Positions 38,340-50,851 of a stretch of 64,000 nucleotides of DNA are shown in pieces (the stretch's first letter is position 1; each line of letters begins with the position of its first letter). The position numbers and the translations under genes are program-made. The notes under the pieces were generated by a model that did not search any database, was not told the DNA's origin, and saw only the letters and a program-made list of their open reading frames with translations. Source of the DNA: Macrostomum lignano (taxonomy: Eukaryota); the NCBI GenBank assembly GCA_002269645.1, contig NIVC01001228.1:62001-126000 (forward strand). Direction: 5' to 3'.

Positions 38340-40725
38340 TCAAAATGCCATTTCCCGAAGTTGAGAGATGCCATTTCCCGAAGTTGAGAGATGCCATTTC
38401 CCGAAGTTGAGAGATGCCATTTCCTAAATTTGAGAGATGCCATTTCCGAAGTTGAGAGATGCCATTTCCCGAAGTTGAGAGATGCCATTTCCTAAATTTG
38501 AGAGATGCCATTTCCTAAATTTGAGAGATGCCATTTCCGAAGTTGAGATATGCCATTTCCCAAAGTTGAGAGATGCCATTTCCCAAAGTTGAGAGATGCC
38601 ATTTCCCAAAGTTGAGAGATGCCATTTCCTGAAGTTGAGATATGCCATTTCCCGAAGTTGAGAGATGCCATTTCCCGAAGTTGAGAGATGCCATTTCCCG
38701 AAGTTGAGAGATGCCATTTCCTAAATTTGAGAGATGCCATTTCCCGAAGTTGAGAGATGCCATTTCGTGAAATTGAGAGATGCCATTTCCCGAAGTTGAG
38801 AGATGCCATTTCCCGAAGTTGAGAGATGCCATTTCCTAAATTTGAGAGATGCCATTTCCGAAGTTGAGAGATGCCATTTCCCGAAGTTGAGAGATGCCAT
38901 TTCCTAAATTTGAGAGATGCCATTTCCTAAATTTGAGAGATGCCATTTCCTGAAGTTGAGATATGCCATTTCCCAAAGTTGAGATATGCCATTTCCCGAA
39001 GTTGAGAGATGCCATTTCCCGAAGTTGAGAGATGCCATTTCCCGAAGTTGAGAGATGCCATTTCCTAAATTTGAGAGATGCCATTTCCCGAAGTTGAGAG
39101 ATGCCATTTCGTGAAATTGAGAGATGTCAGTTCCTGAAGTTGAGAGATGCCATTTCCTAAATTTGAGAGATACCATTTCCTAAATTTGAGAGATGCCATT
39201 TCCTAAATTTGAGAGATGCCATTTCCTGAAGTTGAGATATGCCTTTTCCCAAAGTTGAGAGATGCCATTTCCCAAAGTTGAGAGATGCTATTTCCTGAAG
39301 TTGAGATATGCCACTTCCCGAAGTTGAGAGATGCCATTTCCCAAAGTTGAGAGATGCCATTTCCCAAAGTTGAGAGATGCCATTTCCCAAAGTTGAGAGA
39401 TGCTATTTCCTGAAGTTGAGATATGCCACTTCCCGAAGTTGAGAGATGCCATTTCGTGAAATTGAGAGATGTCAGTTCCTGAAGTTGAGAGATGCCATTT
39501 CCTAAATTTGAGAGATGCCATTTCCTAAATTTGAGAGATGCCATTTCCTAAATTTGAGAGATGCCATTTCCTAAATTTGAGATATGCCTTTTCCCAAAGT
39601 TGAGAGATGCCATTTCCCAAAGTTGAGAGATGCTATTTCCTGAAGTTGAGATATGCCACTTCCCGAAGTTGAGAGATTCCATTTCCTGAAGTTGAGAGAT
39701 GCCATTTCCCGAAGTTGAGAGATGCCATTTCGTGAAATTGAGAGATGCCATTTCCCGAAGTTGAGAGATGCCATTTCCCGAAGTTGAGAGATGCCATTTC
39801 CTAAATTTGAGAGATGCCATTTCCGAAGTTGAGAGATGCCATTTCCCGAAGTTGAGAGATGCCATTTCCTAAATTTGAGAGATGCCATTTCCTAAATTTG
39901 AGAGATGCCATTTCCTGAAGTTGAGATATGCCATTTCCCAAAGTTGAGATATGCCATTTCCCGAAGTTGAGAGATGCCATTTCCCGAAGTTGAGAGATGC
40001 CATTTCCCGAAGTTGAGAGATGCCATTTCCTAAATTTGAGAGATGCCATTTCCCGAAGTTGAGAGATGCCATTTCGTGAAATTGAGAGATGTCAGTTCCT
40101 GAAGTTGAGAGATGCCATTTCCTAAATTTGAGAGATACCATTTCCTAAATTTGAGAGATGCCATTTCCTAAATTTGAGAGATGCCATTTCCTGAAGTTGA
40201 GATATGCCTTTTCCCAAAGTTGAGAGATGCCATTTCCCAAAGTTGAGAGATGCTATTTCCTGAAGTTGAGATATGCCACTTCCCGAAGTTGAGAGATGCC
40301 ATTTCCCAAAGTTGAGAGATGCCATTTCCCAAAGTTGAGAGATGCCATTTCCCAAAGTTGAGAGATGCTATTTCCTGAAGTTGAGATATGCCACTTCCCG
40401 AAGTTGAGAGATGCCATTTCGTGAAATTGAGAGATGTCAGTTCCTGAAGTTGAGAGATGCCATTTCCTAAATTTGAGAGATGCCATTTCCTAAATTTGAG
40501 AGATGCCATTTCCTAAATTTGAGAGATGCCATTTCCTAAATTTGAGATATGCCTTTTCCCAAAGTTGAGAGATGCCATTTCCCAAAGTTGAGAGATGCTA
40601 TTTCCTGAAGTTGAGATATGCCACTTCCCGAAGTTGAGAGATTCCATTTCCTGAAGTTGAGAGATGCCATTTCCCGAAGTTGAGAGATTCCATTTCCTGA
40701 AGTTGAGAGATGCCATTTTCAAAGT
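38340..40725. repeat. 23-bp minisatellite GAGATGCCATTTCCCGAAGTTGA with 965-bp internal duplication
   Basis: Direct reading. The ORF track shows identical or near-identical translations offset by exactly 965 bp (38836/39801, 39157/40122, 39203/40168, 39288/40253). Confidence 0.97.
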
Positions 40726-41407
40726 TAAGAAATGCTTTTGAAATAAATTACAGCTTCAAATTTATGTTAAAAATTGCTATCATTAATCAGCAATTTCAAT
40801 TATTCATCATAGCTGCTAATCTAGTTTAGTTTAAGTCAAAGTGCATTGTATGATAAAAATGCTTTTAAAAATATTCTTGTATTGTACAAGTGGACTGTTC
40901 TTAGAAGTAATGTTTTTGTAATATGCAGTGTAACCGCATTAATAATGATTATTTTATTTAAAACATTTATATTAACAAATAATTGTTGTGCACATTATCA
41001 TTCTTTTTTAATTAATACGCTATTGTTAGTTGTACCGCAGCGCATTGTTCTACTCATCATAATCTTGTGCTCTAATTATAATTGAATATAATTAGCTCGT
41101 AGTAAGCTAAGTAGAATAATTTAATTCAACAAAACAAATGCATGCCAAAATGCATAGTGAATAATCAGAAAGTACAGTAATGTCTGTCTTAATTTCGAAG
41201 TGTTAAAGTGCTGTTTCTATTATGTTAAGTAAGTAATAGGACGACTCCAAATATATTATATAAGCCTTCAACTAACGTCGATCAAATATGAGGGGTAATA
41301 AATGTTTATCTTAAAAACTATATTTTTAATTTGTCAATCTTTCTTGTACAAGTTTTAATATAGATTAGTTAATCCAATATCATGTTATTTTATCCCAAAT
41401 CGTACCT

Positions 41408-41750
41408 CCCAATTGCTATGGAAACCATCTAGCCCAAATCCCCATGGAAACCATATCTACCCCACATCCCCATGGAAACCATATCTACGCCACATCCCCA
41501 TGGAAACCATATCTACCCCACATCCCTTGGAAACCATATCTACCCGGGTCCCCATGGAAACCATCTACCTCGCATATCTACTTATCTACCTATCTGTCTA
41601 ACATCTACCTATCCATCTATCATCTATCTATCTACAACTTTGTATCTATCTATCTATCCATCTGTCTATCTATCTATATCTATCTATCTATCCAATCTAT
41701 CTATCTAATCTATCTATCTAATCTATCTATCTAATCTATCTATCCATCTG

Positions 41751-41820
<70 letters not shown>

Positions 41821-41850
41821 CATCTATCTATCTATCTATCTATCTATCTA

Positions 41851-41928
<78 letters not shown>

Positions 41929-41945
41929 ATCTATCTATCTACACA
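41408..41945. repeat. 28-bp CCCCATGGAAACCATATCTACCCCACAT array followed by (ATCT)n
   Basis: Direct reading. Confidence 0.92.
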
Positions 41946-42044
41946 TCTACCCCAAATACTCCACACATAGTCCATATCTACCCTTCATCCCCATGGAGAC
42001 AATGTGCATATCGGTAAGGAAACATACAAATAAAAAATGCATTC

Positions 42045-43139
42045 ATGGCTGATGACGCAATCGCCAACCAGCCTGACGTTGCCGCCGCCTCCACGGCAGT
42101 CCGGCCCAGCGTGTTTGATTTATTAGCAGCCGATCAGCTGTCGAGCTTATTACAGCCGGCATTCGATCATCTGTTAACATCAGTAGCCAGTCGGCTTACT
42201 ACCGCTAATAATGACAATGAGGACCAGCCTACTGACGCTAGTAGTAGACCTAGAATATTAATTCTTCACCGTCTGGCCGATTGGTTAGTTCGCCATCGAC
42301 GCGTCGCATTCGCTTTGTTGTCGATTTGCGTCGAAATCTACTGTCTAAGACGCAGAGGCGCCACATTTGCTGAGAATTTCTATTCACTTCGTAGGCGTCG
42401 AGTTGCTGATGGTGGAGTCGCATTAACTGCTAGGCTAGTTGTTATGTCGCTGTTTACATCCACAGTCGTTCCCATGGTAACTAGATGGCTGTCCGAGCTG
42501 TACGAAGAATGGGCCGAACGGTCTATCGTTGAAGAATCGGACTCTGATACTTTGGGTTCGACTATAAGAAAACAATTTTTAACTTGTCTCGTCAAAGTTT
42601 ATCCTCGAGCTAGAGCTGTATTGTTGCTTAGCAACGCGGCTTTACTATTCGGCTACCTAACTGAACGAGTCGATCGGCATAGATTAGAACACGTTCTAGC
42701 CGGTGTTAGGCTCAGCTGTCAAATTGATCATCCAATTGATGAAGAAGCTAATGGAAGAGTCGGCTTGCGTTACTGGGCTAGTCAGGCGTTGAGTCACGGA
42801 GTAACATTGGGCATGTTCTTCTTGCAGTTCTACCAGTCCAGAGTTGATAGCGATGGCCATTCGTCCAGTGCTTCGGCGGCGGCTGCTGCACCGTCACCTT
42901 ATCTTGGCGCCGTGTCGATTCCTCCGCCGCCGAGGCGGCATCCGGCATCCGACCATGTCGATCCTCGATTGTGCCCCATGTGCAAACGACCGAGGCGTAA
43001 TCCTTGCGCTTTAACCACTTCCGGTCACGTGTTCTGTTTCGCGTGTATTCACAGTCATCTGGCTGGGAATGGAAGCGCTGGAAAGTGTCCAGTAACTGGT
43101 GTACCATCGAGTATTCGGCATATTGTTCGACTGTTGTGA
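42045..43139 (+). CDS. PEX12: Peroxisome assembly protein 12, single exon
   Basis: N-terminal PSVFDLLAADQLSSLLQPA, ATFAENFYSLRR, FFLQF, PPPP, then the C-terminal degenerate RING CPMC...SGHVFCFAC...CPVTG. Confidence 0.93.
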   Translation: MADDAIANQPDVAAASTAVRPSVFDLLAADQLSSLLQPAFDHLLTSVASRLTTANNDNEDQPTDASSRPRILILHRLADWLVRHRRVAFALLSICVEIYCLRRRGATFAENFYSLRRRRVADGGVALTARLVVMSLFTSTVVPMVTRWLSELYEEWAERSIVEESDSDTLGSTIRKQFLTCLVKVYPRARAVLLLSNAALLFGYLTERVDRHRLEHVLAGVRLSCQIDHPIDEEANGRVGLRYWASQALSHGVTLGMFFLQFYQSRVDSDGHSSSASAAAAAPSPYLGAVSIPPPPRRHPASDHVDPRLCPMCKRPRRNPCALTTSGHVFCFACIHSHLAGNGSAGKCPVTGVPSSIRHIVRLL

Positions 43140-43249
43140 TGCTGTTTATGACGGGCTATAGATTTTAACATGTAGCTTAGCTTAGCTATAAGATATTATT
43201 GTGCTTAACTGCTCTATTAGTTATTGCCTGACAAGTTAGTCTATAGACA

Positions 43250-43345
43250 GTCCACTATCCTATGACCGATTAGTCTATAGACAGTCTGCACCCTATGACC
43301 GATTAGCCTATAGATCAATCTGTACCCTATGACCGATTAGTGTAT
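43250..43345. repeat. Three degenerate copies of CCCTATGACCGATTAG, the same core as the array upstream of NUB1
   Basis: CCTATGACCGATTAG at ~43259, ~43292 and ~43326. Confidence 0.85.
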
Positions 43346-43837
43346 TAGACCTGTTTGATTATCAGTCACTTTAGAGACCTAATTGATCATCTTTATTATC
43401 GTCAAGATCGTAAATCGAGACAATTATTTCTACTTATAGACTAACTGTTTAAATTTTCCCTGGGTGTTGTACCTGACACTTTGTGTACTTTTAGTGCACG
43501 CGTGTATCTGTATGTAGTGTTATTTGCAATTGTATGTATTTACATTTTAAATAATTTAACAATTTGATTTTCTTGTTCAATTAATTGTTTGTGACATTTC
43601 CCATATCTATGCTGTACATACAAAATTAACATTTTAAATTGAGTTATAGAATTTGTATATCTGCAGTCGTTTTATTCAATTGATTCATTCGCAACATAAT
43701 CATGCGTCCAAAGTGGCCAATATGGATCAATATTTTAAGCGCTTTCAACTTGGAAGCGTAATTAATTGGCAGACTACGTGTTTCGTTCCTTTTAAAATTA
43801 TTTTCTTCATTTTTGTGAGACAAACTGTGTGGTTTTG

Positions 43838-44840
43838 AGAATCGCCCTTAAACCCCTTCCAAGAATCGCCCTTAAACCCCCTCTAAGAATCGCCCTTAGA
43901 AACCCATTCTAAGAATCTCCCTTAAGCCCCTTCTAAGAATCGCCCTGTAAACCCCTCTAAAAATGGCCCTTAAACCCCTTCTAAGAATCACCCTTAAACC
44001 CCCTCCAAGAATCACCCTTAAACCCCCTCCAAGAATCATCCTTAAACCCCCTCCAAGAATCACCCTTAAACCCCCTCCAAGAATCACCCTTAAACCCCTT
44101 CGAAAAATCACCCTTAAACCCCCTCCAAGAATCACCCTTAAACCCCTTCGAAGAATCACCCTTAAACCCCCTCCAAGAATCACCCTTAAACCCCTTCGAA
44201 GAATCACCCTTAAACCCCCTCCAAGAATCACCCTTAAACCCCTTCGAAGAATCACCCTTAAACCCCCTCCACGAATCACCCTTAAACCCCTTCGAAGAAT
44301 CATCCTTAAACCCCCTCCAAGAATCGCCCTTAAACCCCTTCGAAGAATCACCCTTAAACCCCCTCCAAGAATCACCCTTAAACCCCTTCGAAGAATCACC
44401 CTTAAACCCCCTCCAAGAATCACCCTTAAACCCCTTCGAAGAATCACCCTTAAACCCCCTCCAAGAATCACCCTTAAACCCCTTCGAAGAATCATCCTTA
44501 AACCCCCTCCAAGAATCGCCCTTAAACCCCCTCTAAGAATCCCCCTTAAGCCCCTTCTAAAAATCCCCCTTAAGCCCCTTCTAAAAATCCCCCTTAAGCC
44601 CCTTCTAAGAATCCCCCTTAAGCCCCTTCTAAGAATCCCCCTTAAGCCCCTTCTAAGAATCGCCCTGTAAACCCCTCTAAAAATGGCCCTTAAACCCCTT
44701 CCAAGAATCACCCTTAAACCGCCTCCAAGAATCACCCTTAAACCCCCTCCAAGAATCACCCTTAAACCCCCTCTAAGAATCCCCCTTAAACCCCTTCTAA
44801 GAATCCCCCTTAAACCCCTGCTAAGAATGGCCCTTAAACA
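43838..44840. repeat. 24-bp minisatellite AAGAATCACCCTTAAACCCCCTCC upstream of MED10
   Basis: Direct reading. Confidence 0.96.
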
Positions 44841-44882
44841 TTCACTATATGCATGCGTGAATCGCCAAGCCCTGCAGTTGCC

Positions 44883-45347
44883 ATGGCTACCCCATCGTCA
44901 AGCGATCAGCAACAGCAGCAACAACAGCAGCAAGACAGATTCCAACAGTTACAAGACGAACTGTGCGCCCTAATAGAAAACTGCTGGGAAGCCGGCATAA
45001 TGGTGTGCAACTATCAGCCTCACGTCAATCTTCAGCACAAGATGGACTTCCTAGTGAATCGTTTGAACTCTTTAGACCGGGCCAAAGCTCAAGTTGCCGA
45101 CGTTCAAGTCCCACTAGCCGTGTTAAAGTACATTGACGAAGGTCGCAATCCTCATCTGTACACTAGGCATTGTTTAGAAACTGCTCTACAAAGAAACGAA
45201 GAGGTTAAAGGCAAAATTGAGAATGTTAGTCGGTTTCGTACTCTGCTATTGGCCGAACTGTCTCAGGCTTTTGAGCAGGATATGAGCAGGTATAGAAGTC
45301 TCAGGGCCGATCCAACTCCGCCGCTTCCACCTAGGACTGACGAGTAG
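44883..45347 (+). CDS. MED10: Mediator subunit 10, single exon
   Basis: VQVPLAVLKYIDEGRNPHLYTRHCLETALQRNEEVKGKI is the MED10 signature. ATG at 44883 lies 5 nt after CCTGCAG (the track start 44853 is a GTG). Confidence 0.93.
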   Translation: MATPSSSDQQQQQQQQQDRFQQLQDELCALIENCWEAGIMVCNYQPHVNLQHKMDFLVNRLNSLDRAKAQVADVQVPLAVLKYIDEGRNPHLYTRHCLETALQRNEEVKGKIENVSRFRTLLLAELSQAFEQDMSRYRSLRADPTPPLPPRTDE

Positions 45348-45586
45348 TGATGCTTGCCTTTTCTTCTAACAATAATTTAATCATTGACAATTTATTATTT
45401 GCAACTGTTGTTACCTGTATATTAGTAATTGTACTCTTTATTATCAGCTTATAAGCTTAAGTGTTTCATTATGTTGCTTTGTACTTTCTTTGAGAATACG
45501 TTTAAAATTACGTTAAATTAATTCGATTTTTTTATTTTAATATACTATTGATTAACAGTAGGAATTAGGCCGATTTGTCTGCAGTC

Positions 45587-46536
45587 AGCTATACCCTATG
45601 ACCGATTATTCTATGGGCTGTACCCTATGACCTATTAGTCTGTAGGCTGTACCCTATGACCGATTATTCTGTGCGCTATACCCTATGACCGATTATTCTG
45701 TAGGCTGTACCCTATGACCGATTAGTCTGTAGGCTATACCCTCTGACCGATTATTCTGTAGGCTGTACCCTATGACCGATTATTCTATGGGCTGTACCCT
45801 ATGACCTATTAGTCTGTAGGCTGTACCCTATGACCGATTATTCTATGGGCTGTACCCTATGACCTATTAGTCTGTAGGCTGTACCCTATGACCGATTATT
45901 CTGTGCGCTATACCCTATGACCGATTATTCTGTAGGCTGTACCCTATGACCGATTAGTCTGTAGGCTATACCCTCTGACCGATTATTCTGTAGGCTGTAC
46001 CCTATGACCGATTAGTCTGTAGGCTATACCCTCTGACCGATTATTCTGTAGGCTGTACCCTATGACCGATTAGTCTGTAGGCTGTACCCTATGACCGATT
46101 ATTCTGTAGGCTATACCCTATGACCGATTATTCTGTAGGCTATACCCTATGACCGATTATTCTGTAGGCTATACCTTATGACCGATTAGTCTGTAGGCTA
46201 TACCCTATGACCGATTATTCTGTAGGCTATACCTTATGACCGATTATTCTGTAGGCTATACCTTATGACCGATTATTCTGTAGGCTATACCCTATGACCG
46301 ATTATTCTGTAGGCTATACCCTATGACCGATTATTCTGTAGGCTATACCCTATGACCGATTATTCTGTAGGCTATACCTTATGACCGATTATTCTGTAGG
46401 CTATACCTTATGACCGATTATTCTGTAGGCTATACCCTATGACCGATTATTCTGTAGGCTATACCCTATGACCGATTATTCTGTAGGCTATACCCTATGA
46501 CCGATTATTCTGTAGGCTATACCCTATGACCGATTA
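45587..46536. repeat. 29-bp minisatellite CCCTATGACCGATTATTCTGTAGGCTATA, 33 ATG-containing units, the last overlapping the NUB1 start
   Basis: First ATG at 45598, last at 46526. The distance is 928 = 32 x 29. Confidence 0.96.
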
Positions 46537-49500
46537 CTCTTCACTTCTGGAGGAGCAGGAACTGTTGCATAAACTGCGCCAAGCATTGCGCAGCCGCGCT
46601 ATAAAACTATGGGAGCCGCCGTACACCTCGCCAGACTCAGGTTCTGCGCCTGACGCAGCCAGCATGCAATCTCTCGCGGAGTCTTTGTCGCAGAATCTGC
46701 GTCTTTGTCCGTCGGCTTGCGCAGCGGCGCTAGAGAATCTGCGTCAACAGACGCTAGATAATGCGGAATCGTTGGCGCATTTCAGGGCTACTCAAGAGGC
46801 TACGCTGAAGGTTCGCCTGCCGCGCGGACAGAATCCCCAGTTGCTGAGGATTCGATGCAGTCTGCAATCGACCGGCTATCAGTTTAAATCCTTAATTGTT
46901 GCCAGGGCACCTCAGCTGTCTATGGCCGGGGTTAGCCTCATCTGCAATGGTCGAGTGCTTGACGACGCTCTGTCCCTTGGTAGGTTGGGGGATTTCTGGG
47001 GGGATGGGGGAATTGTGTGATTTATGAATTGGGGATTTATGCAATTCATGATTTGGGAAATTATGCGATTTATGATTTGGGGATTTATGCGATTTATGAT
47101 TTGGGGATTTATGCGATTTATGATGGCGATAATTATGCGATTGATTATTGGGGTATAATGCGATTTATGATTGGGGAATTATGCGATTTATGACCGGGAA
47201 ATTATGCAATTTATGGCCGGGAAATTATGAAATTTATGATAAGGGTTATTACACAGTTTTTTATAGAAATTTGTGTAATTTTTGGTTAGAGAATTGTGCA
47301 GTTTATGGATGCGGTAATAAATATTTTTATTGGTTAAAAACACGTGATCAGCAAATCAACAATATAAATTATAATTGAGTAACAATTCCCATACAGGCAA
47401 CCAAGGTGTGCAGCACAACAACAGCCTGATGCTGCTGGTGCGGGCTACCACAGACGATGTGCAGAATTTGCGCGCATCAGCCGACGATGCCGACGCATTG
47501 CGCGAGGCCGAGACCGAGGCTGGCCTGCTGGCTGGGGAGGAGGACGACGGATTGGGCTCTGCAAGCGGCGGCTCTGCCGCTCTACACGTTACTAATCAGC
47601 GAGGAGAGAAGATCAACTTGCCTAGAGAGCATCGGAAAGCTCTTTACTATGCCATGATTCTGGGAGAGAAGGTTCGTACTTATTTATCTACCTTTTCAGT
47701 TTACCATCAAGTTTTCCTTCTAATAATCTTCCCAATATTCTCCTTAACAATCTCCACAATATTCCCCTTAGTAATCTCCCTAATATTCCTCTTACTTATC
47801 TCCCCAATACTCCTAGCAATAATCTCCCTAATATTCCCCTTAGTAATCTCCCCAATATTCCCCTTAGTAATCTCCCCAATATTCCCCTTAGTAATCTCCC
47901 CAATATTCCCCTTAGTAATCTCCCCAATATTCCCCTTAGTAATCTCCCCAATATTCCCCTTAGTAATCTCCCCAATATTCCCCTTAGTAATCTCCCCAAT
48001 ATTTTCCTTAGTAATCTCCCCAATATTCCCCTTAGTAATCTCCCCAATATTCCCCTTAGTAATCTCGCCAATATTCCCCTTAGTAATCTCCCCAGTATTC
48101 CCCTTAGTAATCTCCCCAATATTCCCCTTAGTAATCTCCCCAATATTTCCATTAATAATCTCCCCAATATTCCCCTTAGTAATCTCCCTAATATTCCCCT
48201 TAGAAATCCCCCAATATTTGCATTAATAATCTTTCCAATATTCCCACTAATAATCTCCCTCATATTCCCCTTAGTAATCTCCCCAGTATATCAATTAGTC
48301 TTGCCGCATCCTCCCACGCACACGCAGGGCAAGGCGGCTCTCCGATCGAACCAGCACGGTCGAGCACTTCTTCTGCTTTTAGCAGCCGATGAAGCCTTCA
48401 ATCGGGTAGACCGGAGCCTGCTGGACAGAGTGGACAATCACGCACTGCTGCAGCTGGACACGGTCTGGTGCTACCTGTGCCTGGGTCGGCTGGACGAACT
48501 GGGCGACGCCTGGGACAGACTGGGCCTGGCTGAGAGGGCGCTGGTGAAAGCCTACGGAGAGCAATTGGAACGCGTGGAGGCTGTGAAAGGTTTGGTGGTT
48601 TGCTTTTTATTACTTGTTTATAAGACCTGATTAAGTACTACTTATTAGGTAGATGGCTATCTTTATTAGCTAGAATACTCTCAGATCCCAATTTCAAATC
48701 CCATCTCAGAACCAGGTGGCTTAGGACACTCAAATCCCAATTTCAAATCCCATCTCAGAACCAGGTGGCTTAGGACACTCTCAAATACCAATTTCAAGTC
48801 CCATCTCAAAACCTGGGACTTCGGATACTCTCAAATCCCAATTTCAAATTCCATCTTAGAACCAGGTGGCTTAGGATACTCTCAGATCCCAATTTCAAAT
48901 CCATCTCAGAACCAGGTGGCTTAGGATACTCTCAAATCCCAAATTTCACATCCCATCTCAGAACCAGGTGGCTTAGGACACTCTCAGATCCCAAATTTGA
49001 AATCCCATCTCAGAACCAGGTGGCTTAGGATACTCTCAAATCCCAAATTTCACATCCCATCTCAGAACCAGGTGGCTTAGGATACTCTCAAATCCCAAAT
49101 TTCACATCCCATCTCAGAACCAGGTGGCTTAGGACACTCAAATCCCAATTTCAAATCCCATCTCAGAATCGAATCTTAATCTTCGAAGCCAATCAATCCC
49201 AAAGCTTAATCCTCTGAATTTTCAGGCACATCAGCGGGCGGCGAGCGAATCCATCTGCTTAGACTGCACCTGCTCAAAGCAATGTGCTGCTTCTACAGCA
49301 ATCGGCTGGAAGAGGCGGCTGCAGAAGCCCGGCTCGCCTCGGCCGAGCTGGACAAGCTGGCGGTCGATGACGCCGGGCTGAGCAGCCTCATGGGAATGGG
49401 ATTCAGCTTGCTCGAATCCCGGCTAGCTCTGCGCCATTGCGCCAACGATACTCAAGCGGCCATCGATTGGATTGTTGCTAGGCGCGAACGGCAGCGAACT

Positions 49501-50760
49501 CAAGCTGCCGAGCGTAAATTGCAGCGTCGTTTAGGTTACCTTGACGACGGCGAGACTCGAGTATCGGCTGCTAGTTGTCTGCGACTCACTGAGATGGGCT
49601 ATTTGGAGTCCCACGCGCACGAGGCTCTGGTGCTTACTAGGAATAGCATTGACGCAGCTCTGACTCTGCTGCAGGATGACCAGGATAGGCTGCAGGTGAT
49701 TTTGGGGATTCTATCGGCTTGGGGATTTTAGGGGTTTTATTATCGTTTTGGGATCTGGGGGGGTGTTTCATCATTTTGGATTTAGGATTTTATCATTTCG
49801 GTATTTAGGGATTTTTTACTTGGGGATTTCATCATTCCCGAAATTTAGGGATTTTGAAGATTCTTACATCTTGAGATTTCGGGGATTTTGTCATTTCGGG
49901 ATTTTCGGGGACTTTGGAGGATTTGATAATTTCGGGATTTTTTGGGGGGATTTTACCATTTCAGGATTCTTGAGAACTTTATCTTTTCGGGCTTTTAGGG
50001 AATTTTATCATTTCAGGATTTTGGGGGATTTTTTCATTTTGGGGATTTGGGGATTTTATCATTTCGTGAGTTCGGGGATTTTCAATTCTATGCTTATTTT
50101 GGATTCTAGAATTTAGGAAATTTACAATTCTCTACTTAACATCATTATTAATCTTCCTTTCCCCATGTTAATCCCGCGCAGACCCTGGCAGATCAGCGCT
50201 ACAACTCGCGCCTGCAGCTGGTACTGGACACTGCCGCCTCATCCGGAATCGCCTCAGCCGATGCTCAGCGCCTATCTAGCAAGTTGTACCGTTTGATTGG
50301 GGCCAAGCTTGAAGCCTTGAACCGCCGGCAGCAGCGCGACCCGACTGGCAATCATAGTCTGAAAGCGCAACAGCTGCTAATTGGCTGCATCGATGAACTG
50401 CTAGAAGACGAACAGCAGCAAAAGCAGACTAGCGAAGCTTCGGATGCTTCTCCGTCATCTGCTGCCGCCAGTTCCTCCGTCCCTTCATCGCTGGCGTCTT
50501 GGACAACAACGGATTCAGACGAAGGCGAGGCCGCTACAGCTATGGCTGCGAAAATTCGTCGCGTTGAACAAGAAAAAGAAGCGGCTGAAGCCGCCTCGTC
50601 TGACGCTGCGGCATTGCGCGAAGCGTCTCAACGTCAGCGCAGAGCGTTGGACAAACTGCGCGACGAGGTTGGCGATCAAGACGAAGAGGCCTATTTGGAT
50701 TCCGACCTGCAAGAGGAGAGACGGCAGCTAGACCGTCTATTGGCAATGCTTGGCAATTGA
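46526..50760 (+). CDS. NUB1: NEDD8 ultimate buster 1 (UBL + UBA domains)
   Basis: Exons 46526-46979, 47397-47671, 48328-48589, 49226-49695, 50182-50760, all phase-consistent. Motifs IKLWEPPY, LLDRVDNHALLQLDTVWCY, LLRLHLL, LMGMGFS...SRLALRHC, EEAYLDSDLQEE. The exact start is uncertain. Confidence 0.92.
47020..47250. repeat. Degenerate ~23-bp array GCGATTTATGATTTGGGGATTTAT in NUB1 intron 1
   Basis: GATTTATG recurs periodically. Confidence 0.75.
47735..48290. repeat. 24-bp minisatellite TAGTAATCTCCCCAATATTCCCCT in NUB1 intron 2
   Basis: Direct reading. Confidence 0.96.
48675..49170. repeat. ~50-52-bp minisatellite (...AATCCCATCTCAGAACCAGGTGGCTTAGGATACTCTC...) in NUB1 intron 3
   Basis: Direct reading, about 9-10 copies. 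Confidence 0.93.
49700..50110. repeat. Degenerate GGGATTTT(ATCATTTC)-rich array in NUB1 intron 4
   Basis: GGGATT recurs throughout and the period is irregular. Confidence 0.7.
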
Positions 50761-50851
50761 TTTTGGGATAATGCTCTGTAACTAATTTGAATATATCTGG
50801 GCAAACGTCGTCATGAAAATTTAAGCAGCTGGGGCCGTAAGGGTTTCGTCT

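Noticed and set aside
38306-40722. About 25 overlapping minus-strand ORFs (MASLNFGKWHLS...)
   Set aside because: These are translations of the 23-bp array in rotating frames.
42960-43120. His in the PEX12 RING (SGHVFC) as a restored C3HC4 finger
   Set aside because: The third and eighth ligand positions remain Ser and Thr, so it is still the usual degenerate PEX12 RING.
43896-44973. Long ORFs (ITLKPPPR)n / (VILGGGLR)n
   Set aside because: A 24-bp unit keeps frames open on both strands, and there is no coding evidence.
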